NCBI GenBank assembly: GCA_964019425.1
Contig: OZ025793.1
Coordinates: 186,001-250,000 of the forward strand
From: Flectonema sp. DT1601
Lineage: Eukaryota
Length of the DNA stretch: 64,000 nt
Direction of reading: 5' to 3'
This document shows, piece by piece, positions 20,539-30,153 of this stretch. Position 1 is the stretch's first letter. Every line of letters starts with the position of its first letter. The notes below the pieces were generated by a model, which was not told where the DNA came from, searched no databases, and worked only from the letters and a program-made list of their open reading frames with translations. The translations under genes and the position numbers were made by a program.

Positions 20539-22689
20539 GTTTCGTGTTTTAAGAAGCAAACTGTTTAGTGAAAATAATAAGGGAAAGCAACAAGGGAATT
20601 CACCAATAATATTCCAATCAACATATCGTAATGTAAGTATCGAATACAGTGACAGCAAATACTGTCAAAAGTGTTTTAGTAGTTTTAAATAAATGAACGT
20701 AGTCTCCAGAAACCAGATCTGCTGCCGTACTGGTACAAACTTTCCATTACTTTCATTCCTTCCGTTGACGACCTTCTCAACTCCGGCTTAGGTTATCTCT
20801 GATATGTATGTTTCGCTTCCAGAGTCTCCATTTAGAGTTCCGTTTTTTTTTTTTTTCTCTTCCCCAATCGAACAACTAGGTTTCAGGGAGAGTGTGCTGT
20901 TCGACAAATAAACCACAGGTATCTAGGACCTCCTTACGATGCGTTATGAAATTAGTAGTCCACCACATCCTGCCAAGTAAGTCCATTTACTGTTGAAGGA
21001 GGCATTAGTATAGAATAAAGGACAAAACAAGTGATTGGAATCTTGGAACAAAGGGAGTATCCTGACTACTGCACTGAAGTGGCAACAGCCAGGGCTGAGG
21101 AGTTCCTCCCCCTCAAAACAAGGCAGAGATTGGTTTTCATGACTCTCGCAACCCTCCAACGCCTCTCAGAGATGTCTTCCCGACGAGAAGGGTTAATTAA
21201 AAGTTGCTCTTTGTTTGTTTTTTCTTCTTTCCATATATTCAGGAATGATCTCCGAAGTGTTTCCCGCTGGAGAGAATACTTTCAACTCAACCCAGCAGAA
21301 TTGCACTCCGTTCTACACGTGAACAGCAGTTTCTCGCAAACTCGACCAGACGAGAATCAAATAATATTATGATCTTTGACAACAGAGAGAGACCTCTGCA
21401 GCACAACAACAGCTGCAGGTCCTTGGGAGCCGTCACTACGAAAACAGGTTTCAGAGAGAGAGTGTGTGTGTGTGTGTTATTTGATGAAAGAGTATGTAGG
21501 ATCACACCAAGGCACAGTAAACACATTTCAGAATAGTGTAGATGTGCTGGTTAAATGTGATTCTTACTTTGCTATTGCGCGGTTGATAATACTGTTGAAT
21601 TGAGATCGGGCTCAGTGCAATCAGCCTGTCCAGCGCGTTTATTCAATCATGAGATTCGTGAAACTTTTACACCTCAGTTTATGACATCACACAAGTTACG
21701 CGAGACATCGTCCCCTTACATTAATTATAATATACGAGAACTAAACCACAGGTATCTAGGACCTCCTTACGATGCGTTATGAAATTAGTAGTCCACCACA
21801 TCCTGCCAAGTAAGTCCATTTACTGTTGAAGGAGGCATTAGTATAGAATAAAGGACAAAACAAGTGATTGGAATCTTGGAACAAAGGGAGTATCCTGACT
21901 ACTGCACTGAAGTGGCAACAGCCAGGGCTGAGGAGTTCCTCCCCCTCAAAACAAGGCAGAGATTGGTTTTCATGACTCTCGCAACCCTCCAACGCCTCTC
22001 AGGGATGTCTTCCCGACGAGAAGGGTTAATTAAAAGTTGCTCTTTTCGCTTACATTACAAATTGCTATCACAAAAGCAAGTGAGTGTACGACACGCAGGC
22101 AGATGGCGACAGAAAGCATACAAACGACTACAATGAAGTTGGGAATAACAGAGAGCTCAGAGAATGTCAACGCTGTGTAGAATTACGAAAGTATCCGCAA
22201 CACCCTTTTCGGGATTCGGAGTCCAGTGCCCTGGTATAATTCTATCATCATAGCAACAGGAAGATTAAAATAAGTGATTGGAATCTTGGAACAAAGGGAG
22301 TATCCTGACTACTGCACTGAAGTGGCAACAGCCAGGGCTGAGGAGTTCCTCCCCCTCAAAACAAGGCAGAGATTGGTTTTCATGACTCTCGCAACCCTCC
22401 AACGCCTCTCAGAGATGTCTTCCCGACGAGAAGGGTTAATTAAAAGTTGCTCTTTGTTTGTTTTTTCTTCTTTCCATATATTCAGGAATGATCTCCGAAG
22501 TGTTTCCCGCTGGAGAGAATACTTTCAACTCAACCCAGCAGAATTGCACTCCGTTCTACACGTGAACAGCAGTTTCTCGCAAACTCGACCAGACGAGAAT
22601 CAAATAATATTATGATCTTTGACAACAGAGAGAGACCTCTGCAGCACAACAACAGCTGCAGGTCCTTGGGAGCCGTCACTACGAAAACA

Positions 22690-22925
22690 AAGCGTCTTTG
22701 CAAACGAACAGCTCATCCCAAGAATTCGCAAACTCTTGTGAATCACTTCGTCAGTACCTTCAAGACAACAACTCAACCCATTGTATCGTGAGCAGAATGA
22801 CAAGTCTGCTGCCTCTTTCACACTCCTCGATATGCACTCATCTGCGCTGTATTCTCTCATGTCCACATGAGATGTGTTGGTAGTACAAAATAACACAAAC
22901 AGCGCTAAGCTAAGAAACTTCTCAT
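22690..22925 (-). pseudogene. 5' fragment of a secreted Cys-rich (folate-receptor-like domain) gene, frameshifted and truncated by the module (also 32305-32540, 41898-42133, 51491-51726)
   Basis: Removing one copy of tandem CTAAG (22905-22914) restores MRSFLALFVLFCTT...ECISRSVKEAADLSFCSRYNGLSCC; frame runs into the module's CA end. Confidence 0.65.
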
Positions 22926-23024
22926 TCAAAATAACAAAGTTTCGTGAAACTACTGAAAAGAATAAAACATTTTACAATACACATTATCACTCTCCTCTAA
23001 AACAAACAGTATTTCGTAGAGAAA

Positions 23025-23162
23025 GCGTGTGACTTCATTTTCTTCTTGGCGGAGCAAACTGTCGTGAAAAAAGTACGGTTGTCGGACACGGGAAAATGAT
23101 GAAACGAAAAAATAAACAGCGCACGCAGCTCGTACCTCTCTTCACCCTCTTCAAGAGCAGAA
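23025..23162 (-). pseudogene. Orphan 5' end (acceptor region plus MKSHA) of a paralog of the 243-aa gene
   Basis: Aligns with about 24484-24597 (AAAAAGTACGGT.GTCGGACA, TTCAAGAGCAGAA); ATG at 23038 gives MKSHA versus MKAHA, then homology is lost. Confidence 0.7.
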
Positions 23163-23765
23163 TAGAAGACCCCTTTTTCGCGGGAAGCACCACTCGCCCC
23201 ATCTCATCTAGACAAAAAAAAAAAACGATCACCGCGCGAACGCAGATGTCATCATCGTTCCGTCCAGGAAGAGAGATTGAGAGAGAGGGAGAGTGTACTT
23301 TACCAGAGGGCAACAAACTCACAGCGTAGTGGACAAGCTCATGCTTGCGCAACGAATCGTGACAAAGAGAGGAATTACTTGGAAAAAGAAAAAAGAAAGG
23401 AGAGGATGGTGCGGGGCCGCGATGCGCATTCGGACTCCCGATAGGTGTAGTTAAAAATTAAAAACAAACAAAAAGAAATGGAAAAAGAAAACAGGGTAGT
23501 AGCACCCATTCACTTACTTTTGAACGACAACAAGCTTACTTCATTTTACAGGACGAACCGAGGAGCGAGAAAACGAAAACCACCAACCAACCAACCAACC
23601 AAGGGCCGGCGGCATCCCAATTCTCACGCACGGATGGAATCGACTTCCTTGCTGACGAGTTCGGTCTCCGACTAGATGACTTTACGGAAAAGCAGGTGGT
23701 GGAAGGTACTAAAACAATTAAGATTAGAGGCATATATGAGGTGATGATAAGTGTCGTGCGGTCGA

Positions 23766-24497
23766 TTACGGAAATGACATTGACGGCGTTGGTGGAAGTG
23801 GAAGCTGCGTGGCATCAGCGCAGTTCTTCGAACAAGTGGACTCCTGGTGTGGACCCGATGGGCCTCGTTTACCACCACCACCACCACCACCACCAACAAC
23901 GATCTGCTTTGCATCGCAAACCGTGCCGGTCTCTCCTGAGTTCAACAACTTGCTAAAGACCCCGACGTACTTCCCAACCTTGGCCGGACACACGACCTCC
24001 GTTCCGCTAAAGGTCTTGTGGTACACCAACATCGGATGGCTTGCCCCGCTGTTCTGGAACTTCGGCCCGCAGCTGCGAACTTCCCATCCGTTGTTCACGA
24101 GACCATCGAATCCTCCGTTGATGTCCCCCGAGCAACCAGGGCAGTGGTAGGTTACGATGTAGAAGACGCATTTCTTTGGATGGCAGTAGCAATCCAGCTC
24201 GATCGTGTCTCCGGTGCACGTGTCCTGCCCAAAGATTCCCGAGGTCGGGACTCCGGGTGTCCCCAGATCCTGCGCGAAATCGTAGTACTTGCTCTGCGGG
24301 TGATTGTGCAAGAAATCGGGCACCATAGTAAGCGGGCTGTGCGATCCCCCAACAGTCAACGACGCGGGCAAAGTGGGAAAGGTTTTCACTTCTGCGACTG
24401 ACAACCCGTTGAGAAACACGCCAGTGGAACACCCGCCCTGGACCCCTCCCAGCATTCCCACCAATATCATTGACAACAAGGCTGCGTGTGCTTTCAT
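23766..24497 (-). CDS. Secreted cysteine-rich protein of unknown function (243 aa), copy 1
   Basis: Signal peptide MKAHAALLSMILVGMLGGVQG; 12 Cys; YHCPGCS..NGGF..GW...SCGPKF core; acceptor-like TTTTTCTCAACAG shortly upstream of ATG. Confidence 0.8.
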   Translation of the reverse strand: MKAHAALLSMILVGMLGGVQGGCSTGVFLNGLSVAEVKTFPTLPASLTVGGSHSPLTMVPDFLHNHPQSKYYDFAQDLGTPGVPTSGIFGQDTCTGDTIELDCYCHPKKCVFYIVTYHCPGCSGDINGGFDGLVNNGWEVRSCGPKFQNSGASHPMLVYHKTFSGTEVVCPAKVGKYVGVFSKLLNSGETGTVCDAKQIVVGGGGGGGGKRGPSGPHQESTCSKNCADATQLPLPPTPSMSFP

Positions 24498-24673
24498 TTT
24501 CCTCTTGGTAAATTAAACTGTTGAGAAAAAGTACGGTAGTCGGACAAGGAAACGCAAAAAGAAACACGGGCACACACTTTCACCTTCAAGAGCAGAACCC
24601 CTCCTTTGTGAGAGGCATCACTCACCGCATCTTATATTCTGAAGATAGTGCGGGGACGCAATGGAAAGAAACA

Positions 24674-25818
24674 AGTAGCCCACCACATCCTGCCAAGTAA
24701 GTCCATTTGCTGTTAAAGGAGGCACTAGTATAAAATAAAGGACAGTAGAAAGGTGACCTTCCACTGTTGAGTGGAACACAATCTCTGCAAGTGAGTGGCC
24801 TGCAGATGTGCAGGGTCACCCTATCGAAGACGCTTGCATCTTCACGAATTTCGACGAGTCTCATGTTGATGAGCTCGCTTGCAAAAGATGCGGGTGTCAG
24901 ATTGAGACGCTTACGGAAAGGAATGCGTCGCCATTCCTTTCCATTCCTTGTACATCGATCGATTTGGATGTCCAATTTGTGCCTGGCTGATGAGCAAAGG
25001 AGATCGTCCACTTCCGACAAAGATTGTTTGTCAGGAAGAAGAAGTACACAGTGAAAAACGATCATTTGACGATTGGGCTGCAATCAAAAGTTATTTGCAG
25101 CGTGACGACGTGGGGAACATCAATGGGCAACGCCGTGATCTTGGAGGCAATGTCCGTGAAGCTGGATACCCGTTATGGCCCGTTCCTAGAACGAGCGCGG
25201 GACGCGCCCTCAAGGGACTCAACACACGAGGCTCGTGTTTTGAATGGAGCGATTCAGGCGTTGTTGCCTGCAGCGTACCGCAACAGCAACGTTAGAGATT
25301 CGTTGCAGCTGATGGTTACGAGGCTGGACGCGTTGAGGCTCGATATGGTTTCTCGCAGGACGCCGTTGTTGCATTTACACAGGATGCGTTACATGCGGTG
25401 GGACACAACGCGGAGATCACTGAGACGAAATTCCGAAACGCTCTGTTGGAAGCAGACGCAGATCAAAAGCAAAACGAGAGAAAAGAGGAACAAGGCAGAG
25501 ATTGGTTTTCATGACTCTCGCAACCCTCCAACGCCTCTCAGAGATGTCTTCCCGACGAGAAGGGTTAATTAAAAGTTGCTCTTTGTTTGTTTTTTCTTCT
25601 TTCCATATATTCAGGAATGATCTCCGAAGTGTTTCCCGCTGGAGAGAATACTTTCAACTCAACCCAGCAGAATTGCACTCCGTTCTACACGTGAACAGCA
25701 GTTTCTCGCAAACTCGACCAGACGAGAATCAAATAATAATATGATCTTTGACAACAGAGAGAGACCTCTGCAGCACAACAACAGCTGCAGGTCCTTGGGA
25801 GCTGTCACTACGAAAACA
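24674..25818. repeat. Split module copy: diverged piece 24674-24744, 744-bp unrelated insert, then 25489-25818
   Basis: Module sequence stops at ATAAAGGACA and resumes at AACAAGGCAGAG; present in three units. Confidence 0.85.
24752..24820. other. Compact three-way-junction (Y/T-shaped) fold at the start of the 744-bp insert (also about 34367-34435 and 43960-44028)
   Basis: GGTGACC/GGTCACC (7 bp); TTCCACT-gttg-AGTGGAA (7 bp); CACA+TCTGCA/TGCAGA+TGTG (10 bp, 3-nt bulge); all Watson-Crick. Confidence 0.55.
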
Positions 25819-26751
25819 GTTAGTTATGAAAAAAGTTAAAATCATTTCTCCCCCTTTCTCGCATACTTTTAACGATACCCTGATAAAGAAATAAAAATGA
25901 GTTGTAACGCAGCAGCTAATGATTAGCCATCTAAGAATAAGAAGACAGAGTGTTAGCTAATGTTATATTATGCAGGCACCGTCAAAAAGGATATCGGGGC
26001 AAGAATGTCTTCAACCGTTGCATTCCCAACCCGAAAGTCAATTAAGTTACCATCATCAGTTAGAGCGCATTGGTATGTTAGGCATCGATCATCGATATAT
26101 TGGGTAAAGTGGTGTAGAGTGAGGCACCATCGTGCAGTTGGGTGCACGGTGATTGAAAAGAAAATTAAAAAGGTGTGTCACTTTGAAGCACTACGTCACC
26201 AACACAATAGTGGGACAGGCAAACAAGTGATCGTCGATCACCCCAACAGTCAGTAAGATTGAGTGAGTGAGTGAGTGGCCTTGCAAGGGAACAAATTAAG
26301 CTTGACAGGCCTCCCCTTTTTCCATTTAACTAAAAGGGTTGCATGGTGATCGTCGGTCACCCTAACAGAGCAATACATCAGTAAGAGGGGGTGAGGAAGT
26401 GAGGAGTGAGTTTGAGAAATAAAACCTTGCAGGCTAATATTCCTCCCCTGTTTTTTTCAGGGTATATAATTTTATAAAGGGATTAACGAAAGAGGAAGCA
26501 AAATGAGCCAAGCGGGCCTTCTGCAATCCGCTAGTAATATAATACTGGAGAGGAAATCATAATTAAAACACATCATTTTATATAAAACATTCTTTTTTTT
26601 TTTTTTTTTTCTTGATTTGATTTGATTGTATGAAGATACTCGTTGAAAAAGGAATTGTCCAACAAAGGGAACTCTATTTTCTAGCGAATTCTCACCTGAA
26701 AGTCGCATCATCTTCAAAACTGCTAGTTATTTTATTAGAGTCCCGCTTTGC

Positions 26752-29700
26752 TCAAATGCGCAACTCAGAAACGAAGTCTTTCTTCTCCTCGTTGTTGACC
26801 GCAGGATGGCTCATCGTTGTCAGAGAGGTCATGTCGATACCTTGGTGACTAGCAGCGAAATCGTCAGCCGCCTTCGACCGTCTGTAGAACACGGTAGCAA
26901 CAGCCACCAACACACATCCGGCAACCACCGACACAGCTGTTATCAAGATAGGAAGAAAACCCTTGCTGCTCTCATCTTCCTTCTTGCTCTTCTCTTCTTC
27001 TACCGCAGTTTCATCATCATCTGCAGCTCCTCTCTGCATCTCCCACTCTTCGTGCATGGCTACAACTCCGGGAAGTTGCTTCTTGTTGAAAGCGCGCACC
27101 AGTCCCACAGCGCTTCCCCCTTCGATTTCAAAAGCCACAACACTTCCTTCCTCCTTCCCATCGTTTTCCAGAGCAGCAGCCCTCCTCGAATCCGTGCCGT
27201 CAAGCTTCAAGCACGTCGAAGAATCTCCAACCGAAGCACCACCACAGCTCCCTTGTGGACAGGCGCTGCTCGGGCAGATGAATTTGAACGATATCTGAAC
27301 CTCAGGATTAAATAACCCCTGCAGCATGTTTCCGAATTGCGTCTTCGCAAAGGAACCAATTCCCCTTCTCAACACCAACCGCACCAACTTTCTCGCTCTA
27401 GACGCCTCGCTCGCACTACCAAAGCATTTCGTCTTCCCAGCAGGACAGGTACCCGACTTCGGGATCGCACTGCACGTGTTCTTTGCACCCTTTCCCCTAC
27501 TCGTACAGTACACACCTCCCTTCTTCCCGCTTTCGCAATTTCCGCAAACAGGTGCCTTCTCCCCCAGCTCTCCCCCCGACACTGGAGGCTCGCTACTTCC
27601 GAATTCCCTGCAAGCCTCGCCTTCACAAGCTTTTGCACATCTAGCCGATCCCGCGCTTCTCTGAAAACACTTCAGACCGTCAGAGCAGCAGTGCGGTGCG
27701 GCAATGCAACTTCCCCACTCCGAGATAGTCTCACCGCAGGCGTTGATTTGTTCTCCTTCCCCCCCTTCTCCCGGAAATGGTCCTTCCCCCCCTTCTCCTG
27801 GTCCTTCCCCTCCTTCTTCTGGTTGCGGAGTCGGTCCACCTTCTTCGCCTTCTTCATCAGGTTGGGGGGTAGGTTCGCCGCCACCTTCTTCTCCTTCAGG
27901 CTGCGGTGTTGGTGATTCGCCACCTTCTTCTCCTTCAGGTTGTGGAGTTGGCCCGCCACCTTCTTCTCCTTCAGGTTGTGGAGTTGGTCCGCCACCTTCT
28001 TCTCCTTCAGGTTGTGGAGTTGGTCCGCCACCTTCTTCTCCTTCAGGTTGTGGAGTTGGTCCGCCACCCTCTTCTCCTTCAGGTTGTGGAGTTGGTCCGC
28101 CACCTTCTTCTCCTTCCGGCTGCGGAGTTGGTTCGCCACCCTCTTCTCCTTCAGGTTGTGGAGTTGGTCCGCCACCTTCTTCTCCTTCAGGTTGTGGAGT
28201 TGGTCCGCCACCTTCTTCTCCTTCAGGTTGTGGAGTTGGTCCGCCACCTTCTTCTCCTTCCGGCTGCGGAGTTGGTTCGCCACCCTCTTCTCCTTCAGGT
28301 TGTGGAGTAGGTTCGCCACCCTCTTCTCCTTCAGGCTGCGGAGTTGGCCCACCTCCTTCTTCGGGTTGCGGAGTTGGTGATTCGCCTTCTGGCTGGGGGG
28401 TTGGCCCACCTCCTTCCTCAGGCTGCGGTGTTGGTGATTCACCTTCTGGCTGGGGAGTTGGCCCACCTCCTTCTTCAGGTTGCGGTGTTGGTGATTCGCC
28501 TTCTGGCTGGGGAGTTGGCCCACCTCCTTCTTCAGGTTGCGGTGTTGGTGATTCTCCTTCCGGCTGCGGTGTTGGCGTTGGCTGGCCGCCTTCTTCGGGT
28601 TGTGGTGTTGGCTGGCCGGGTGGAGTTGGCGTTTCTCCTTCTGGCTGCGGTGTTGGCGTTGGTTGACTGCCATCTTCAGGTTGTGGTGTTGGCTGGCCGG
28701 GTGGAGTTGGCGTTTCTCCTTCTGGCTGCGGCGTTGGCGTTGGTTGACTGCCATCTTCAGGTTGTGGTGTTGGCTGGCCGGGTGGAGTTGGTGTTGGCTG
28801 GCCGGGTGGAGTTGGCGTTGGCTGGCCGGGTGGAGTTGGTGTTGGCTGGCCGGGTGGAGTTGGCGTTGGCTGGCCGGGTGGAGTTGGCGTTGGCTGACCG
28901 GGTGGAGTTGGCGTTTCTCCTTGTGGCTGCGGTGTTGGCGTTGGCTGGCCGGGTGGAGTTGGCGTTGGCTGGCTGGGTGGAGTTGGCGTTTCTCCTTCCG
29001 GCTGCGGTGTTGGTACAGTTGGCACAGCTGTTGGTACAATTGGCACAGCTGTTGGCACAGCTGTTGGCACGGATGTCGGTACAATTGGTACGGATGTTGG
29101 CACAGCTGTCGGTACGGATGTCGGTACAATTGGCACAGATGTTGGCACAGCTGTCGGTACGGATGTCGGTACAATTGGCACAGATGTCGGCACAGCTGTT
29201 GGCACGGATGTCGGTACAATTGGCACAGATGTTGGTACAGCTGTTGGCACGGATGTCGGTACAATTGGCACAGATGTTGGCACAGCTGTCGGTACGGATG
29301 TCGGTACAATTGGCACAGATGTCGGCACAGCTGTTGGTACGGATGTCGGCACAGCTGTTGGCTTTGGAGGCTGAGGTGGTGGTGTGTATGGCGGGCGAGG
29401 TGTGTATGGCGGGCGAGGTGTGCATGGTGGCGGCGGAGTCGGCACGCAGCCGGGCTTACCAGGTCGGGTTCTCCGTGAAGGAGGGGTTCTCCGTGAAGGA
29501 GGTCTTCTCCAACGATTAATCGAAGGCCCAGACGGTGTCGTCGGATTGGTCGGTGCAGGGAACGGCTTCGCCAACATGCCGTGTGAGAGCTCCTTGTCTG
29601 CAGGAAGCTGTTGCAGAAGCTTCTGCGTCAGGCCGTGCAGGAAAAACTGTCCCTTCGCATTTTTTCGGGGATCCGACGACTGGTAATTGAAGTCGACGTC

Positions 29701-30153
29701 AATTCCATCAAATCCCTGATTGAGTACGATATCAATAAGTTGCTTGGCTACAAACCCTTCCTTTCCAAAACAATATTCCCAGCAGTCGTTGCCAGTGGTG
29801 CTGCTGCCGCCACCGTTCCGTTGCGAACCGGAACCGTCCATTCCGCCATCACCGAACTCCAAGATGACCTTCTTTCCATCCGACTGCCACTGCGATACCA
29901 GCATTGCGTTTGCTTGGTTGTCGCAAACCGGAACCGGACTCCCGATCTCACATTGAGTGTTACAGCTGTTCATACCGGGTGATCCGTCATAAGTTACCGC
30001 AGAGGAGATCAACAGCGTCTTGAACCCGTCGGTCTGATCAGCAGTCGGGCAGGTTTTCCAGTTCTCGACATACGCAGCACTGGTGGGGTTCTGAAAACAA
30101 TCAGCTCCACGAGCGAGTGACAGGAGCAACAGTGGAATTCCTTCCTTAATCAT
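26752..30153 (-). CDS. Membrane pseudo-chitinase copy 3 (1133 aa)
   Basis: As copy 1 plus two extra 12-aa GEEGGxPTPQPE units. Confidence 0.85.
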   Translation of the reverse strand: MIKEGIPLLLLSLARGADCFQNPTSAAYVENWKTCPTADQTDGFKTLLISSAVTYDGSPGMNSCNTQCEIGSPVPVCDNQANAMLVSQWQSDGKKVILEFGDGGMDGSGSQRNGGGSSTTGNDCWEYCFGKEGFVAKQLIDIVLNQGFDGIDVDFNYQSSDPRKNAKGQFFLHGLTQKLLQQLPADKELSHGMLAKPFPAPTNPTTPSGPSINRWRRPPSRRTPPSRRTRPGKPGCVPTPPPPCTPRPPYTPRPPYTPPPQPPKPTAVPTSVPTAVPTSVPIVPTSVPTAVPTSVPIVPTSVPTAVPTSVPIVPTSVPTAVPTSVPIVPTSVPTAVPTSVPIVPTSVPTAVPTSVPIVPTSVPTAVPTAVPIVPTAVPTVPTPQPEGETPTPPSQPTPTPPGQPTPTPQPQGETPTPPGQPTPTPPGQPTPTPPGQPTPTPPGQPTPTPPGQPTPTPPGQPTPQPEDGSQPTPTPQPEGETPTPPGQPTPQPEDGSQPTPTPQPEGETPTPPGQPTPQPEEGGQPTPTPQPEGESPTPQPEEGGGPTPQPEGESPTPQPEEGGGPTPQPEGESPTPQPEEGGGPTPQPEGESPTPQPEEGGGPTPQPEGEEGGEPTPQPEGEEGGEPTPQPEGEEGGGPTPQPEGEEGGGPTPQPEGEEGGGPTPQPEGEEGGEPTPQPEGEEGGGPTPQPEGEEGGGPTPQPEGEEGGGPTPQPEGEEGGGPTPQPEGEEGGGPTPQPEGEEGGESPTPQPEGEEGGGEPTPQPDEEGEEGGPTPQPEEGGEGPGEGGEGPFPGEGGEGEQINACGETISEWGSCIAAPHCCSDGLKCFQRSAGSARCAKACEGEACREFGSSEPPVSGGELGEKAPVCGNCESGKKGGVYCTSRGKGAKNTCSAIPKSGTCPAGKTKCFGSASEASRARKLVRLVLRRGIGSFAKTQFGNMLQGLFNPEVQISFKFICPSSACPQGSCGGASVGDSSTCLKLDGTDSRRAAALENDGKEEGSVVAFEIEGGSAVGLVRAFNKKQLPGVVAMHEEWEMQRGAADDDETAVEEEKSKKEDESSKGFLPILITAVSVVAGCVLVAVATVFYRRSKAADDFAASHQGIDMTSLTTMSHPAVNNEEKKDFVSELRI

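Noticed and set aside
9201..25818. CRISPR-like repeat-spacer array
   Set aside because: Repeats are hundreds of bp and variably truncated, spacers range from about 0.2 to 4.5 kb, no cas genes, eukaryotic context
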